Positions 1 to 10,516 of a DNA stretch of 64,000 nt are shown here, piece after piece. Source of the stretch: Setoptus koraiensis (Eukaryota; Animalia; Arthropoda). The position numbers and the translations under genes are program-made. The notes beneath the pieces are model-generated. The model was given only the letters and a program-made list of their open reading frames with translations, was not told where the DNA came from and searched no databases. The DNA lies in contig CM106586.1 in NCBI GenBank assembly GCA_048013815.1, positions 17,980,001 to 18,044,000 on the forward strand. The letters are read 5' to 3'. Each line of letters begins with the position of its first letter. Position 1 is the first letter of the stretch.

Positions 1-1
1 C

Positions 2-553
2 ACCACATATTGGGCTCAACGCGCCAACCTAATCTATTTAACTGTAGCATTAGAAGATTGTAAAAACCCAACAATTAAGCTTGAGAAAGACAAATTATAC
101 TTTCGTGGCAAATCAGAATCCTTGCAACAGGACGCTGACCACGCGGACCATGAGGTCACCATCGACTTTAATCAGCCCATTAACACGGAGGAATCCAAAT
201 ATGTAACACGTGATCGAGGCACAGAGTTCGTTATTGTCAAAGAAACAAATGGATGGTGGCCAAGGTTGCTTAAGGGCTCAGCTAAGCAACATTGGCTCAA
301 GATTGATTTCACCAAATGGAAAGATGAAGATGACTCAGACGATGAGGCACCAAACTTTGGCGGTGCACCCGGACAACCAGACTTTGGTGATCTTATGAGA
401 CAAATGGGTGGAATGAACAACATGGAAGGCCTAGAAGGAATGGGAGGCATGGGTGGTCTAGGTGGTATGGGAGGCTTAGGCGGCATGGACGATGATAAAG
501 ACGAAGAAGAGGATGATTCAGAGGGAGACGATCTTCCTCCTGAGCTTGAATAG
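2..553 (+). CDS. PTGES3: Hsp90 co-chaperone p23 / prostaglandin E synthase 3 (5'-truncated by the window edge)
   Basis: The frame is open from base 2 (TTYWAQRANLIYLTVALEDCKNP...), upstream of the listed ORF start. It has the CS-domain p23 motifs WAQR, WPRLLK and WLKIDFTKWKDEDD, a GM-rich and acidic tail, stop TAG at 551-553 and AATAAA at 584-589. Confidence 0.95.
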   Translation, partial: TTYWAQRANLIYLTVALEDCKNPTIKLEKDKLYFRGKSESLQQDADHADHEVTIDFNQPINTEESKYVTRDRGTEFVIVKETNGWWPRLLKGSAKQHWLKIDFTKWKDEDDSDDEAPNFGGAPGQPDFGDLMRQMGGMNNMEGLEGMGGMGGLGGMGGLGGMDDDKDEEEDDSEGDDLPPELE

Positions 554-1309
554 TGTAACTTACTACCGGAGCTGAATAGCAGTAATAAAACGATACATTG
601 TCATACACTTTCTACAAACAAGGTATATCATTATTTTATCAATTATATATAAATATATTCAAATCCAAGTCTTTTCTGCATCATCAGTTTACTGTAATCA
701 CTCATTTAGTGTGAATAAATAACCTGGAGTTACTTATTTTCAGTTATAGGAGCGTTTTTTATTTATATCGGCAGGTTGCCCCGGCAAAAGAGATAACTAG
801 TTTCATTTTCAATCCTACCGCCGGTACATGAGAGTTATGTTATGCGACTTACAGTTAGGTTTTTCTCTTTTTCAAAAGCTGTATTCTCAATAGCTGCGGA
901 CAGGTGCCGCGCTAGTCTAGCCGAAAATCATTTGATCTCTGTAAAACTCACACTACAAGTTAACTACCGTAAGCAGTAAGATCAAGCAAGCACCGTCAGC
1001 TGCCAAAGCATTAATATCCATCAGCTGATGATGTATTTCTGTGCCACGCAATCGGCATTTGGAAACCGACAGTTTACTATTAATATCATAGTATTGAGGC
1101 TGCAAATGAATAATCCTCTTTTACTTTGTTAGTGGAAATACAATTCGCAAATCACTATAGATTTACAACTATATCTCAATATATTGCTGGTGATTTAATT
1201 TATCATACAACCATTCATACCTTCATACAATACCCGAGGACGATTCCTTGAGTTTGGATATAAAACTAATTCGTAATTTGTGACGACCATATACATTTAA
1301 ACATTCACA

Positions 1310-3022
1310 ATGGGAGCTGGTCAAAGTCTATCCGATATTGGAGGTTCAACATATGGATATCATGTAAGCTTGAGATTATACAGTGGGCGATATATAACCG
1401 TCGTATGGGTTTCTGTGTTGATGAGCTTTATTTCATTTGCATTTCTACTCTCTTTTTTGCAGGTGTTGAGGGTGCAACCGAACAGTCCCGGTAGCAGGGC
1501 TGGTCTTCAGTCATACTTCGACTTTATCCTGGCTGCTGGAAACACTAGATTCGACAAAGAAAATGGAGCAATAAAAGAAATTTTAAAGGCCAGTATCGAT
1601 CAAAGATTGAAGATGCTTGTCTACAACACAAGGACAAAGAAGACTCGCGAGGTTGACATTATTCCATCTACTACGTGGGGAGGTAACGGCTTGCTAGGAG
1701 TATCTATCAAGCACAATTCATTCGATAAAATAGATGAGAAGGTATGGCATGTGCTGGAAGTTCAACCTGGATCTCCAGCTCAACAGGCTGGCTTGCTGTC
1801 AAATGATGACTACGTCATAGGGTCAGACTCTACTTTACAAGAAAGCGAAGATCTATATAATCTTATTCAAGCGCATGATGGAAAACCGCTTAAACTATTT
1901 ACATACAATGTGGTAACCGATAGTTGTCGTGAGGTCATATGTACCCCAAATAGCGGTTGGGGAGGTGAAGGTAGTTTAGGTTGTGAGTTTGGCCACGGCT
2001 ATCTTCATAGAATTCCGTATAGAGAGAAAGATGAAGAGAAACGTTCTCTATTGTCAGGTGACCACCTACATGTGTCCGGTCAAACTAGAACTCATAACAT
2101 AATTCAAGAGGCTGGGCTAACCAGATATGTGAATCCATACCAGCAAGGCCAAGACACTTCTGCATCGATGGTTACACAAGTTAACCCAAATTCAATACAA
2201 TCGATGCCGTATCAAACTGATAAATACACGCCACAGCAACCGGGTATGTTACAAGAGATTGGGATCAGCTCATCGGAAAAACAGCAGATCAGTCATCAAC
2301 AATTTGCTGACCAACAATCTTCACGACATCAACAGACGTACCAACATCCAGGGCAGCAACTACTACATTCACAACTGCAACAGCTACAGCACCCAATTCA
2401 ACCACAGCCTCAACTACAGCAACAGCCCCAGTCGCAACAACTACAACAACCTCAACAACTACAATCGCATCAACAACCACAGCAACAACTACAATCGCAT
2501 CAACAACCGCAACAGCCACCACAGCAACAACTACAATCGCAATCACAGCCACAACAGCCGCAGCAACCGTTTCAACTTCCACATCAACATCAATCTTTCC
2601 AGCCTGTATATCAACAGCAGGAACAACAATCACAGCAATTTCAGCACCAACATCCTTCAACATTTGAAAGTTTAGCTAATTTACCACTATCGCCACAGCA
2701 ACCTTTTCACCTATTAGATCAACAGCAGCAAGCACAACATTTGCCACAGCACAATTCCCAAAAAAATCAGCAGCAACAACAACACCAACAGCAACCGTTT
2801 AAGCCTGCATACCAACAGCTACAACAAGAGCAACAACCACAACAATTGCAGTACCAATATCCTTCAACATTCGAAAGTCTAGCTAATTTACCTTCACCAA
2901 TTTCGCCCCAGCAATGGTTGGAGCAGCAGAATCTTGTTGATTCATACGTTCAAGGAGCTCAGGAGCAAACGTCCGACCTGCCACATGCTCAGGAAACTGA
3001 GTCAATAAATTTGAAGCAATAA
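1310..3022 (+). CDS. GORASP2: Golgi reassembly-stacking protein GRASP55/65; exons 1310-1363 and 1463-3022; 537 aa spliced
   Basis: The N-terminus MGAGQS has a myristoylation-type Gly2. GYH|VLRVQ is restored by removing a GTAAGC...TTTTTTGCAG intron (1364-1462, 99 nt). Tandem PDZ-like GRASP motifs are present (SPG, WGGNGLLG, WHVLEV, WGGEGSLGCEFGHGYLHRIP), followed by a Q-rich tail. Confidence 0.95.
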   Translation: MGAGQSLSDIGGSTYGYHVSLRLYSGRYITVVWVSVLMSFISFAFLLSFLQVLRVQPNSPGSRAGLQSYFDFILAAGNTRFDKENGAIKEILKASIDQRLKMLVYNTRTKKTREVDIIPSTTWGGNGLLGVSIKHNSFDKIDEKVWHVLEVQPGSPAQQAGLLSNDDYVIGSDSTLQESEDLYNLIQAHDGKPLKLFTYNVVTDSCREVICTPNSGWGGEGSLGCEFGHGYLHRIPYREKDEEKRSLLSGDHLHVSGQTRTHNIIQEAGLTRYVNPYQQGQDTSASMVTQVNPNSIQSMPYQTDKYTPQQPGMLQEIGISSSEKQQISHQQFADQQSSRHQQTYQHPGQQLLHSQLQQLQHPIQPQPQLQQQPQSQQLQQPQQLQSHQQPQQQLQSHQQPQQPPQQQLQSQSQPQQPQQPFQLPHQHQSFQPVYQQQEQQSQQFQHQHPSTFESLANLPLSPQQPFHLLDQQQQAQHLPQHNSQKNQQQQQHQQQPFKPAYQQLQQEQQPQQLQYQYPSTFESLANLPSPISPQQWLEQQNLVDSYVQGAQEQTSDLPHAQETESINLKQ

Positions 3023-3078
3023 TAAAAATTATGATATGTGCTCTACTCTAAATTGGTTCAATTCATTTGATGAATTCT

Positions 3079-4077
3079 TCAAGACAAAAATTTGTTTCTG
3101 TACATTTGATTGAATTGTTCTAGAAATATGAATGTTAACACTGTGTGAGGTCCCAAACGTGCGTAGTATGGGGTGAAGCCTTTCCATAAACTAAAGAATC
3201 CTTCATGCTTGGCAACCTTAATTAGAACATCGAACGCACCTGAATATTGTGGCTTGCCATTGATTGTTTTCATACTTTGAATCCTCGTTTTAGCGATGTC
3301 CACCGGCATAGATGCGGCAGTAGTGATTAGGCCAGAAATCATGGATGCGCAGAAATGCAACAAAATGTTCTCTTTGAAATATCCTGTCGCTATTAGTCTT
3401 TGTTTGGCTTGGCTGTATGAGGCTAACTGGCACGCATTAACAACTATAGACCTCCCGATTGTAGGAATACAACCGGTCCACAGAGCACGAACCCCCTCTT
3501 CTTTGACGATTCTTGCTAAGGCATTGAAGACATTTTTATAATTTCTTTTCTGCTCTGGTGGTAATCGTCCATCACTGGTCATTCGTATTAAGCAAACTTC
3601 GGCCGGAGTGCCAAAGAATGCTCCTGCCGCCCCGGCGGTGGATCCACAAAAGATCTGCGTAACGAACGAAGTTTTTCCATCTACGGCCATACGGTCAATC
3701 AAGGAACTATAGGCACCCATCCTAACAGTAGTGTAAGAGGCTTGACGAAATAAACCGGCCGATAATCCAGTGTAAAGAGAGACGAGTCCTTCATTTTTTA
3801 TGACAGTTTTAATCACACTAAAGCTGGTTACTTTGCCACCCTTTGCACCTGCACCCATAAGTTGCATACGGTTTTTCACTAGATCGAGTGGTTGCACGAC
3901 GCACGTTGCAGCCATACTGTGAGACGGGGACAAAAGTTATAGAATAAATATTACGCAATAGTGATGAATATTGGTGGATCATTGAAAAACATTAGAGACT
4001 TACCCGGATAACCCGCCGAACAGAAACTTCAAAGCTTCTGGGGTCTGCGCTACTGGTTTGCTGGTACCGGTGGCCAT
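3079..4077 (-). CDS. SLC25A11: Mitochondrial 2-oxoglutarate/malate carrier; exons 4077-4004 and 3916-3079; 303 aa
   Basis: Exon 1 MATGTSKPVAQTPEALKFLFGGLSG is joined to MAATCVVQPLDLVKNRMQ through an 87-nt GTAAGT...CACAG intron (4003-3917). Three carrier signatures are present (PLDLVK, PAEVCLIR, PVDIAK), plus RQASYTTVRMG and the OGC-typical RLGPHTVLTFIFLEQ. Confidence 0.95.
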
Positions 4078-4880
4078 CTTGGGTTTTGTATTGATGGGTT
4101 ATTGGTAGAGTTGTTTCTTATGAGTCTAATTAAATAGCTAGACTCGACAAGGCGAATAGAGGGCTGCAGTTGAATGAGACTACAATGTCAAGTTCACGGC
4201 TTTCACTGTTAATGTGGCGCTAACAAGCATCCCCTGAACATGTGTGCATCACTAGGGCACGATTGGCACTTTTATCGTCTCAAAGGGTATCGTACATATT
4301 TTGTCCGGAAGTTGGCGCTTTTCGATGGTAATTGGGTGTGCATGGTTACTTCTAGGAGACATTATGACTCCAGTGATTAGCTAGCCAGAGTGCACCGCAA
4401 CACAAATGTGCCAGTACGTGATGTGTTAGCAAGTGCAAATAAAAACGGTAGCTTTCACATAACGTCACAGCGCTACTCGGCGGCAAGAACTTGCGTCAGA
4501 TCTTTTTATAAAATAGTGGTACCAACACGCTGTACTGTATATAGTGCGCACTGCGCAGCAGCTGCTGAAACTCGAAACTGTACGCAATTTCGTTGTCTAG
4601 ACACCTATTTTACAGTAGAAAAGTTAGCGGTAAATCCAAATGTACCGTTTTTTTCCATCCCAGTACATCGTAAGGCCCGTGTGAAAAACATCCAGCCAGC
4701 TGTGCTGCACATCATCGCACAGAACGTTCAACATGTTTGTCGTGTGCCGCACGCGCCCAGTGTTCTGGGTGCGAAACTCAATACGCCTGTGTGTAGTGGA
4801 CAGAAAGTTCCGAAGCACAATCTGTGCCTCACAGGCAAATTACTGTGATTCTTTCAATTTTCAAAGAATTGCACCGAGTT

Positions 4881-4906
4881 AGAGAGAGAGAGAGAGAGAG
4901 AGAGAG
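4881..4906. repeat. (AG)13 microsatellite in the divergent SLC25A11/ESS2 intergenic region
   Basis: Perfect AG dinucleotide run about 190 bp upstream of the ESS2 ATG. Confidence 0.9.
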
Positions 4907-5091
4907 TAAACAGCCGAAAACAAACAATTGTAAACGATAAACAGTACAATTGCACTTACAACTGACACATTATCTATACAATCAACAATCGAATATTATC
5001 TCTATTATCACTGGAACAATAGGAGACGCCACTAATAGTAGCCAACAGATCAGATTATTGATAGGTCCACTTCGCTACCGTCCTTACTGAA

Positions 5092-6195
5092 ATGTCGCCC
5101 CAGCCCGGGGGCTCGTCACGGATGGAAACATCACCCTTGTCTCGGCCAAGTAAACAATCCGATTGCGGTACAACTATCACAACAAACAGTGAGAAAAACA
5201 AGAATAGGCCCATCGTATTAAATGAAGATGAATATCTGGACAGGATGGCCTACATAATTAGACGCGACTTCTACCCAGATGCAGATCTGCATAATATTGT
5301 CACGAATTCGCAACTCAGGCCTGGCCACCAGACCGCCTCGGCTAGAACAAACACAGATAGAGGCACAACAACTAGTCGATATCGATACTATTCGCCAGCC
5401 GCCACTGATATCTCAAGCAGATTTGACGACCAACTACGACCATTCGAGGACGACGGAAATTTGGATAAGTTTCTATCCACGCACAATAGTGAAGATAACA
5501 TGCTGTATGAAGAGTCTAAACGACAAGAGAGGATATTACACAAATCCAAACATCCCTGGCTCTATGCTAAGTCGTCGCTAGTTGATGAAGCCAATAACCA
5601 AACCAGCCTACCATCCATCCAAGAGCAATCGTCAATCGGAGGTAAAGATAAGATCAATCACGCCATAACATGGCCAAAAAGAAATCTACCTGTAAAACAA
5701 GACCCCTCAGATCACGGTAATGGTTTCAATAGATGTTCGACAATTAACTACTCTGCTACTAGAATCAGAGATGATTTATTCACCGAGCCCACACGACCAG
5801 CTTCGGAATCCCTATGCAGTGAAAGCGCTGCAGCTATTTTTGCCCAAAAGGTCGGCATAGATGGCAAATCGATGAGGCCAGGTGAAACTCCCAGAGTAGG
5901 GGGTTACAGCTTTGTTCCTATGACACCCAAGGCTGACCCATTAGACTCTCCAACTGATTCTAAAGTCCGAACCTCTACAAATACTCCTCAGTATAAGGTA
6001 CCGTCTACACCTGACCGGGAGCTATTGGCTCACGAATTAACTTGTAGAATAGGACGATCCAAGAGAACAATGAGTGCCAGGTATGGTATAAAACAAAGTC
6101 CTTACAGTATGCGATCTATGGATAGCAGATTAAGTGCATTATCGCCCGCAGCAAGAAATTTGTCGTCAAGAATTCATATCAAAAGAGAGAAATAG
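5092..6195 (+). CDS. ESS2: Splicing factor ESS-2 / DGCR14 homolog, intronless, 367 aa
   Basis: Recognised family motifs: VLNEDEYLDRMAYIIRRDFYPD, LDKFLSTHNSEDN, PRVGGYSFVPMTP, YKVPSTPDRELLAHEL and LSPAARNL. Confidence 0.88.
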   Translation: MSPQPGGSSRMETSPLSRPSKQSDCGTTITTNSEKNKNRPIVLNEDEYLDRMAYIIRRDFYPDADLHNIVTNSQLRPGHQTASARTNTDRGTTTSRYRYYSPAATDISSRFDDQLRPFEDDGNLDKFLSTHNSEDNMLYEESKRQERILHKSKHPWLYAKSSLVDEANNQTSLPSIQEQSSIGGKDKINHAITWPKRNLPVKQDPSDHGNGFNRCSTINYSATRIRDDLFTEPTRPASESLCSESAAAIFAQKVGIDGKSMRPGETPRVGGYSFVPMTPKADPLDSPTDSKVRTSTNTPQYKVPSTPDRELLAHELTCRIGRSKRTMSARYGIKQSPYSMRSMDSRLSALSPAARNLSSRIHIKREK

Positions 6196-6776
6196 CGAGA
6201 GTCCTCGATTGGAACGTTTTCGTTTACGATAAAACAGGCATTTTGATCTCATTGCTCATTCAGGATGGTTGCCAAAGTCACGAACTTTTTATCCATGTCT
6301 CCATTACAAGCTTACAAAGTTATTAACTTAACTTAACCTGAAGGATCATTACAAGCTTAAAAACAAATACAAAACGATGAAATTTGTTGTTAGAATTTCT
6401 GTAGCCAATGAGTACGCGAAGAGCGTGAGTTACAGTCAAGTTCACCCCATGGATGGATGGTTGCTGATCATGGGCAGTTTTTTGCGATGCGAAGCTTGTG
6501 TTCTTTGTATGCCCACTGCAGATCGGCCAACCTACTCGTGTCGCCAATTACTTATGTGCAAGCATACACGAAACACCAAGACCTGCCTGTTAGTCAAGAA
6601 ATGCCTATTGTTAATATGATAATACAATTAATTAAATATCAAATTAATTGAATAAATAAGAAATTGCTCGTGGTGCATTACTCAATATGTTTTGTCGCGT
6701 CAGTAAACGACTCAATTACTCATTGGCGTATTGATTTCTCGTCTATTACTCTAATAGTAGAACTTATAGTAATAAG

Positions 6777-7016
6777 ATGGATTTTAGGTCATCTTTTATT
6801 GATCTTGCACACTCCATAAAAAGGAAAAAGTGGAGTTTTAAAGTTAGACAGCCAGGTTGTAGACTTTTGGAATTGTTTGCCCATATCGCTGATTCCTATT
6901 CGCCGGATACCACGCTCATTACAGTTTACCCACGAAAACTCCGAGAGTTGGGCTTCAAACCAAATGAACAATTTGAAATTCGTTTGGTGCCTATAGCCGA
7001 TTTTAGGTGCAGATAG
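6777..7016 (+). CDS. Possible 79-aa microprotein with weak UBX/ubiquitin-fold resemblance
   Basis: The ATG has a good context (aagATGG). The pattern LLELFAHIA...LITVYPRK...LRELGFKPNEQFEI resembles the UBX consensus by eye only and would need internal deletions to align. Confidence 0.2.
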   Translation: MDFRSSFIDLAHSIKRKKWSFKVRQPGCRLLELFAHIADSYSPDTTLITVYPRKLRELGFKPNEQFEIRLVPIADFRCR

Positions 7017-8468
7017 ATTTTGTTTCTAGCATTTGTTCAAGACTTAATGTAAATTTTTAAGCTGACCTTAGCATCATATATCTAGATATTTCAAGGATTT
7101 CATGCATAGTAAAGATTCCAGAATGTACTAACAAGTCTAGACACATAACTAAAGAATAGGTCATTGTATATATAGCTCATCACGATACTTAGCAATCGAT
7201 CGATGAGTATTTCCGAAGAAATATAGTTATAGATGGAGTTTTGTTTGTTGTAGATTGTATCACGATATTAGTTGGATTGAAATGTCTAGTTCCTGATCAT
7301 TGACTAGTAATTTATTTGTGGGGAGGGATACAGACAGAGGAAGTCTATAAGTTCATCTGAATCTAGTTTGAACACCACTCGTCATAAGATATAATAATAG
7401 TGACTGCATTAAGACTAATCTATCGCCAATACTAAACACTTCTATATTGATCTATTTGGAACATGTTGACTTGTAAGGTCGAGCGCCACGCATGTTGTAT
7501 AATCTTTATTGTTTGTGTGTTTAGAAAACTCTAGACGTATCCCTATGATGGTGATCAATGATTAAATTGTTTGCCTGGGTGTAAAAGTCGTAATTACCGA
7601 TGGACATGAAACGAGACTTGTTATACTTACACGCTTACTACTGCCAGTACAAGTACCATTGCCAACACTAGCACTGCAACTATAGACGCGATGACATTAT
7701 CTACTAGAATTACAGATAGAGATTTAATTAAATAAAATGGAACTAAATAGTAATTCTAAAACAATTTGTTCGCGAACAATCATGTAAGTGGCATGAGATA
7801 GCTGCAACAACATTTCATCACTACGCGCGTCGTCAACTTGTGGCGTGTCATACATTATCATTAGTTAGCTGATATTATCATTTCAGACATAGTGATACAT
7901 TTATCTATATAGAAATAATAATAAAAACCATATTTTTGTTTGCCTCTATCATTGTTGTTGATATCGCCAGAACATTCATTCTTGTGCCAGATCACATGCA
8001 AACATTCATTATGACAAATGGTGATAACACCATTAAAGGCAGGCTGCAATAAGAACGCTACACTGTAAAGCGACTGATGGTATTGGTAAAAGTTGCCAGT
8101 ATAAGTGTATCAAAGATTGTCATTAAGGCTGGATTGTTCAGCATAGTGAAAAAAAAAAACTCACTTATTGGCCTCATAGTGAATTGAATAGGTGAAGACC
8201 TTTGTCGCTTGAGCCTGCTGCAAATCCATTTAGCACTCATTGCATTGGTGTCGTGTTTCGCCAAGACAAATGACACTGAAAGTTTCAAAGCATTACTATT
8301 TGTTGTCTCGTGTCTTGTTTCACTACAATGCTGACAACAGCATGGGTTTTGTAATTTCGCATCGAAAGAATATATTTGCCTTCTATCAAGGTCGCTCATT
8401 GCAACCACTATATACTGGTTGCGAACTAGGCCCGACTAGGTAGTCATATTAGTGATAATATGAGCGCG

Positions 8469-8515
8469 CACGTGAGTTCGGCGGAGAAGATGGAAGAACG
8501 GAGAAGATAGAAGAA

Positions 8516-8561
<46 letters not shown>

Positions 8562-8692
8562 GAGAGAAAGGACAAACAAAAACAAAACGTGTCTTCCCGT
8601 TGATATCACCGAGTGAAGTCATAATCGCTCATTCTATGTAATATCGCGGCCGAGGCGTGTTGTTGTCGTCGTTATAAAAGGAAAGTCACGTT
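8469..8692 (+). promoter_or_regulatory. Candidate clockwork orange promoter: E-boxes, GAGA tract and TATA box
   Basis: CACGTG at 8469-8474, (AG)n at 8519-8558, AACGTG at 8586-8591, TATAAAA at 8673-8679 and CACGTT at 8687-8692, about 1.8 kb upstream of the cwo ATG. There is no transcript evidence. Confidence 0.4.
8519..8558. repeat. (AG)~20 microsatellite / GAGA tract
   Basis: Direct dinucleotide run. Confidence 0.9.
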
Positions 8693-10516
8693 TGCCGCAA
8701 CCAGACCAAATCGCAGGAAGAGATCGCTTGCTGCTTCTGGAATATTTTCAACAGCACTTGCATTACCATATGACAGAGTTAATCACAGCGTCTCTTCTTC
8801 AGGTGATTAAGGAAAGAGAGATAATTGGCTGATTATAGCACTGCTAGGACTAGGCTAGCGGTACGATATGCGGCAAGTCGCCCGACTAGGCGATAGGTAT
8901 AGAGTAGGCACAAGTGCCGAGTTTGTATCAAGTACCCATGCTGTGCCTTTGTCGATGCACCGAGTTGCATCACACAAACAAAGCATACTCACTAGTTGAC
9001 AAATAATTGGCCATTTTGTTATTAGTCTCGCAGTGCCAGATTTATTGGTATGTATTAGTCATTGCTCATGCACCGGTAGTTTTGGCGTACGGATAATCGC
9101 GGTTGTGGCTCGTCAGAATGACACAAAAATAATTATTATTGGTAGAGAAATCAAAACGAAAAAAGTGCGTATGAGATGCATGCGTATCTCACCGACTGAC
9201 GGATATTCTAAGAACAACAAAAATGATACCTGCAAGCGGGCGTAAACGAGAGTTGAATCCTGCCAAGACAACTGCCGCCGAAAGCACGCGGCTGTCAACG
9301 TGACTAGAGCTCGTCGTTCATGTCTCGTGTCGCTCACTGCTTTCGAGCATCGGCAGCCGCTTTAGTTGTTGTTGCTGTTGTTTACATCAAGCCCTACCAA
9401 TGGCTGGCAATAAAAAGTCTGCATAGCTAGTTGATAAAGTGAATGGTTAACTGGCTCAATTACACATACTCACAGGCCGTATCGTCGCTATCATTGAGTC
9501 AGTGTGTTTGATGATTGAGTCAGCAAGCTCAGTCAGACACAGCAGCGGCAGCAGCAGCAGCAGATATTGGCCACAATCAGCATCGAGAGAGAGAGAGAAT
9601 GGGCCAATTTCATCGCCTGCCTAACCTAACCTAACTAACCGGCTAACAACTGGCCAGTGATCGAATGACAAAGTTTTGCCACTTTCAATCTAGCGCCCAA
9701 AGTCCAAAATCGCTACTGCGGCAGCGCCGGCGTCAATAGTAATTTTACAGCCACAACAACAAGTGTCTTGAGCAACGATTTTAGTTTATTTTTATAGTTT
9801 TGTTATTAGTATATTATCGTTATTACTATTGTCATTAGTTGCCGGTGATATTGTTTGCATTTGCATTTGTTTGCGCGCAGTGTTGGTGTTGATGGGCGCG
9901 AGCGAGCGAGCGACAAAAGTGCAACGGATAATAATAGTAATTGCACAAACAGATTAGACAATCCATTGACAACACAACACAGCACAGCACAACAACTGCA
10001 GCAGCGCGATACACATCAGACAGGTCCCGTGTCCGTAAGCATGAGCGAGTTACTCATCGTTGTGTCCCATCAAGATGACAATATAACACCAAATTATTTG
10101 CTACAATATCACAATACCAGACATATAGACAAACAAACTAGACACTTGTAACGCTGCAAGTGGCACTAATGGTTGCAATAATAGTTTTTACTATAGTAAT
10201 ATTTTGGTAATGATAGTATCTCATCATCGATATTTAAATATAGTTTCGATTACATCAGTGCAATTCATTCTTTTTACTCTGCAGACACACACACACACAC
10301 TCAAAGTTTTGATGGTCAACGATTATCACATTGAATTATTGGATCACTGAATTAGCATATCATTTTTAAATTATCAACAAACATAAAATAGCGCAAATAA
10401 GCCAAGTAAATGTCAACGAGCACACAAGTATTATTGTAGCAAGTATTTATTGTCACTAGCAAGCTTTACAGAGTCATGTGCCGCATTGAGCCAACGATTT
10501 ACATCGAAGGCGCGCC

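Noticed and set aside
4390-4848. 152-aa ORF between the divergent SLC25A11 and ESS2 genes
   Set aside because: It has a GTG start and no recognisable motif, and lies in a probable bidirectional promoter region.
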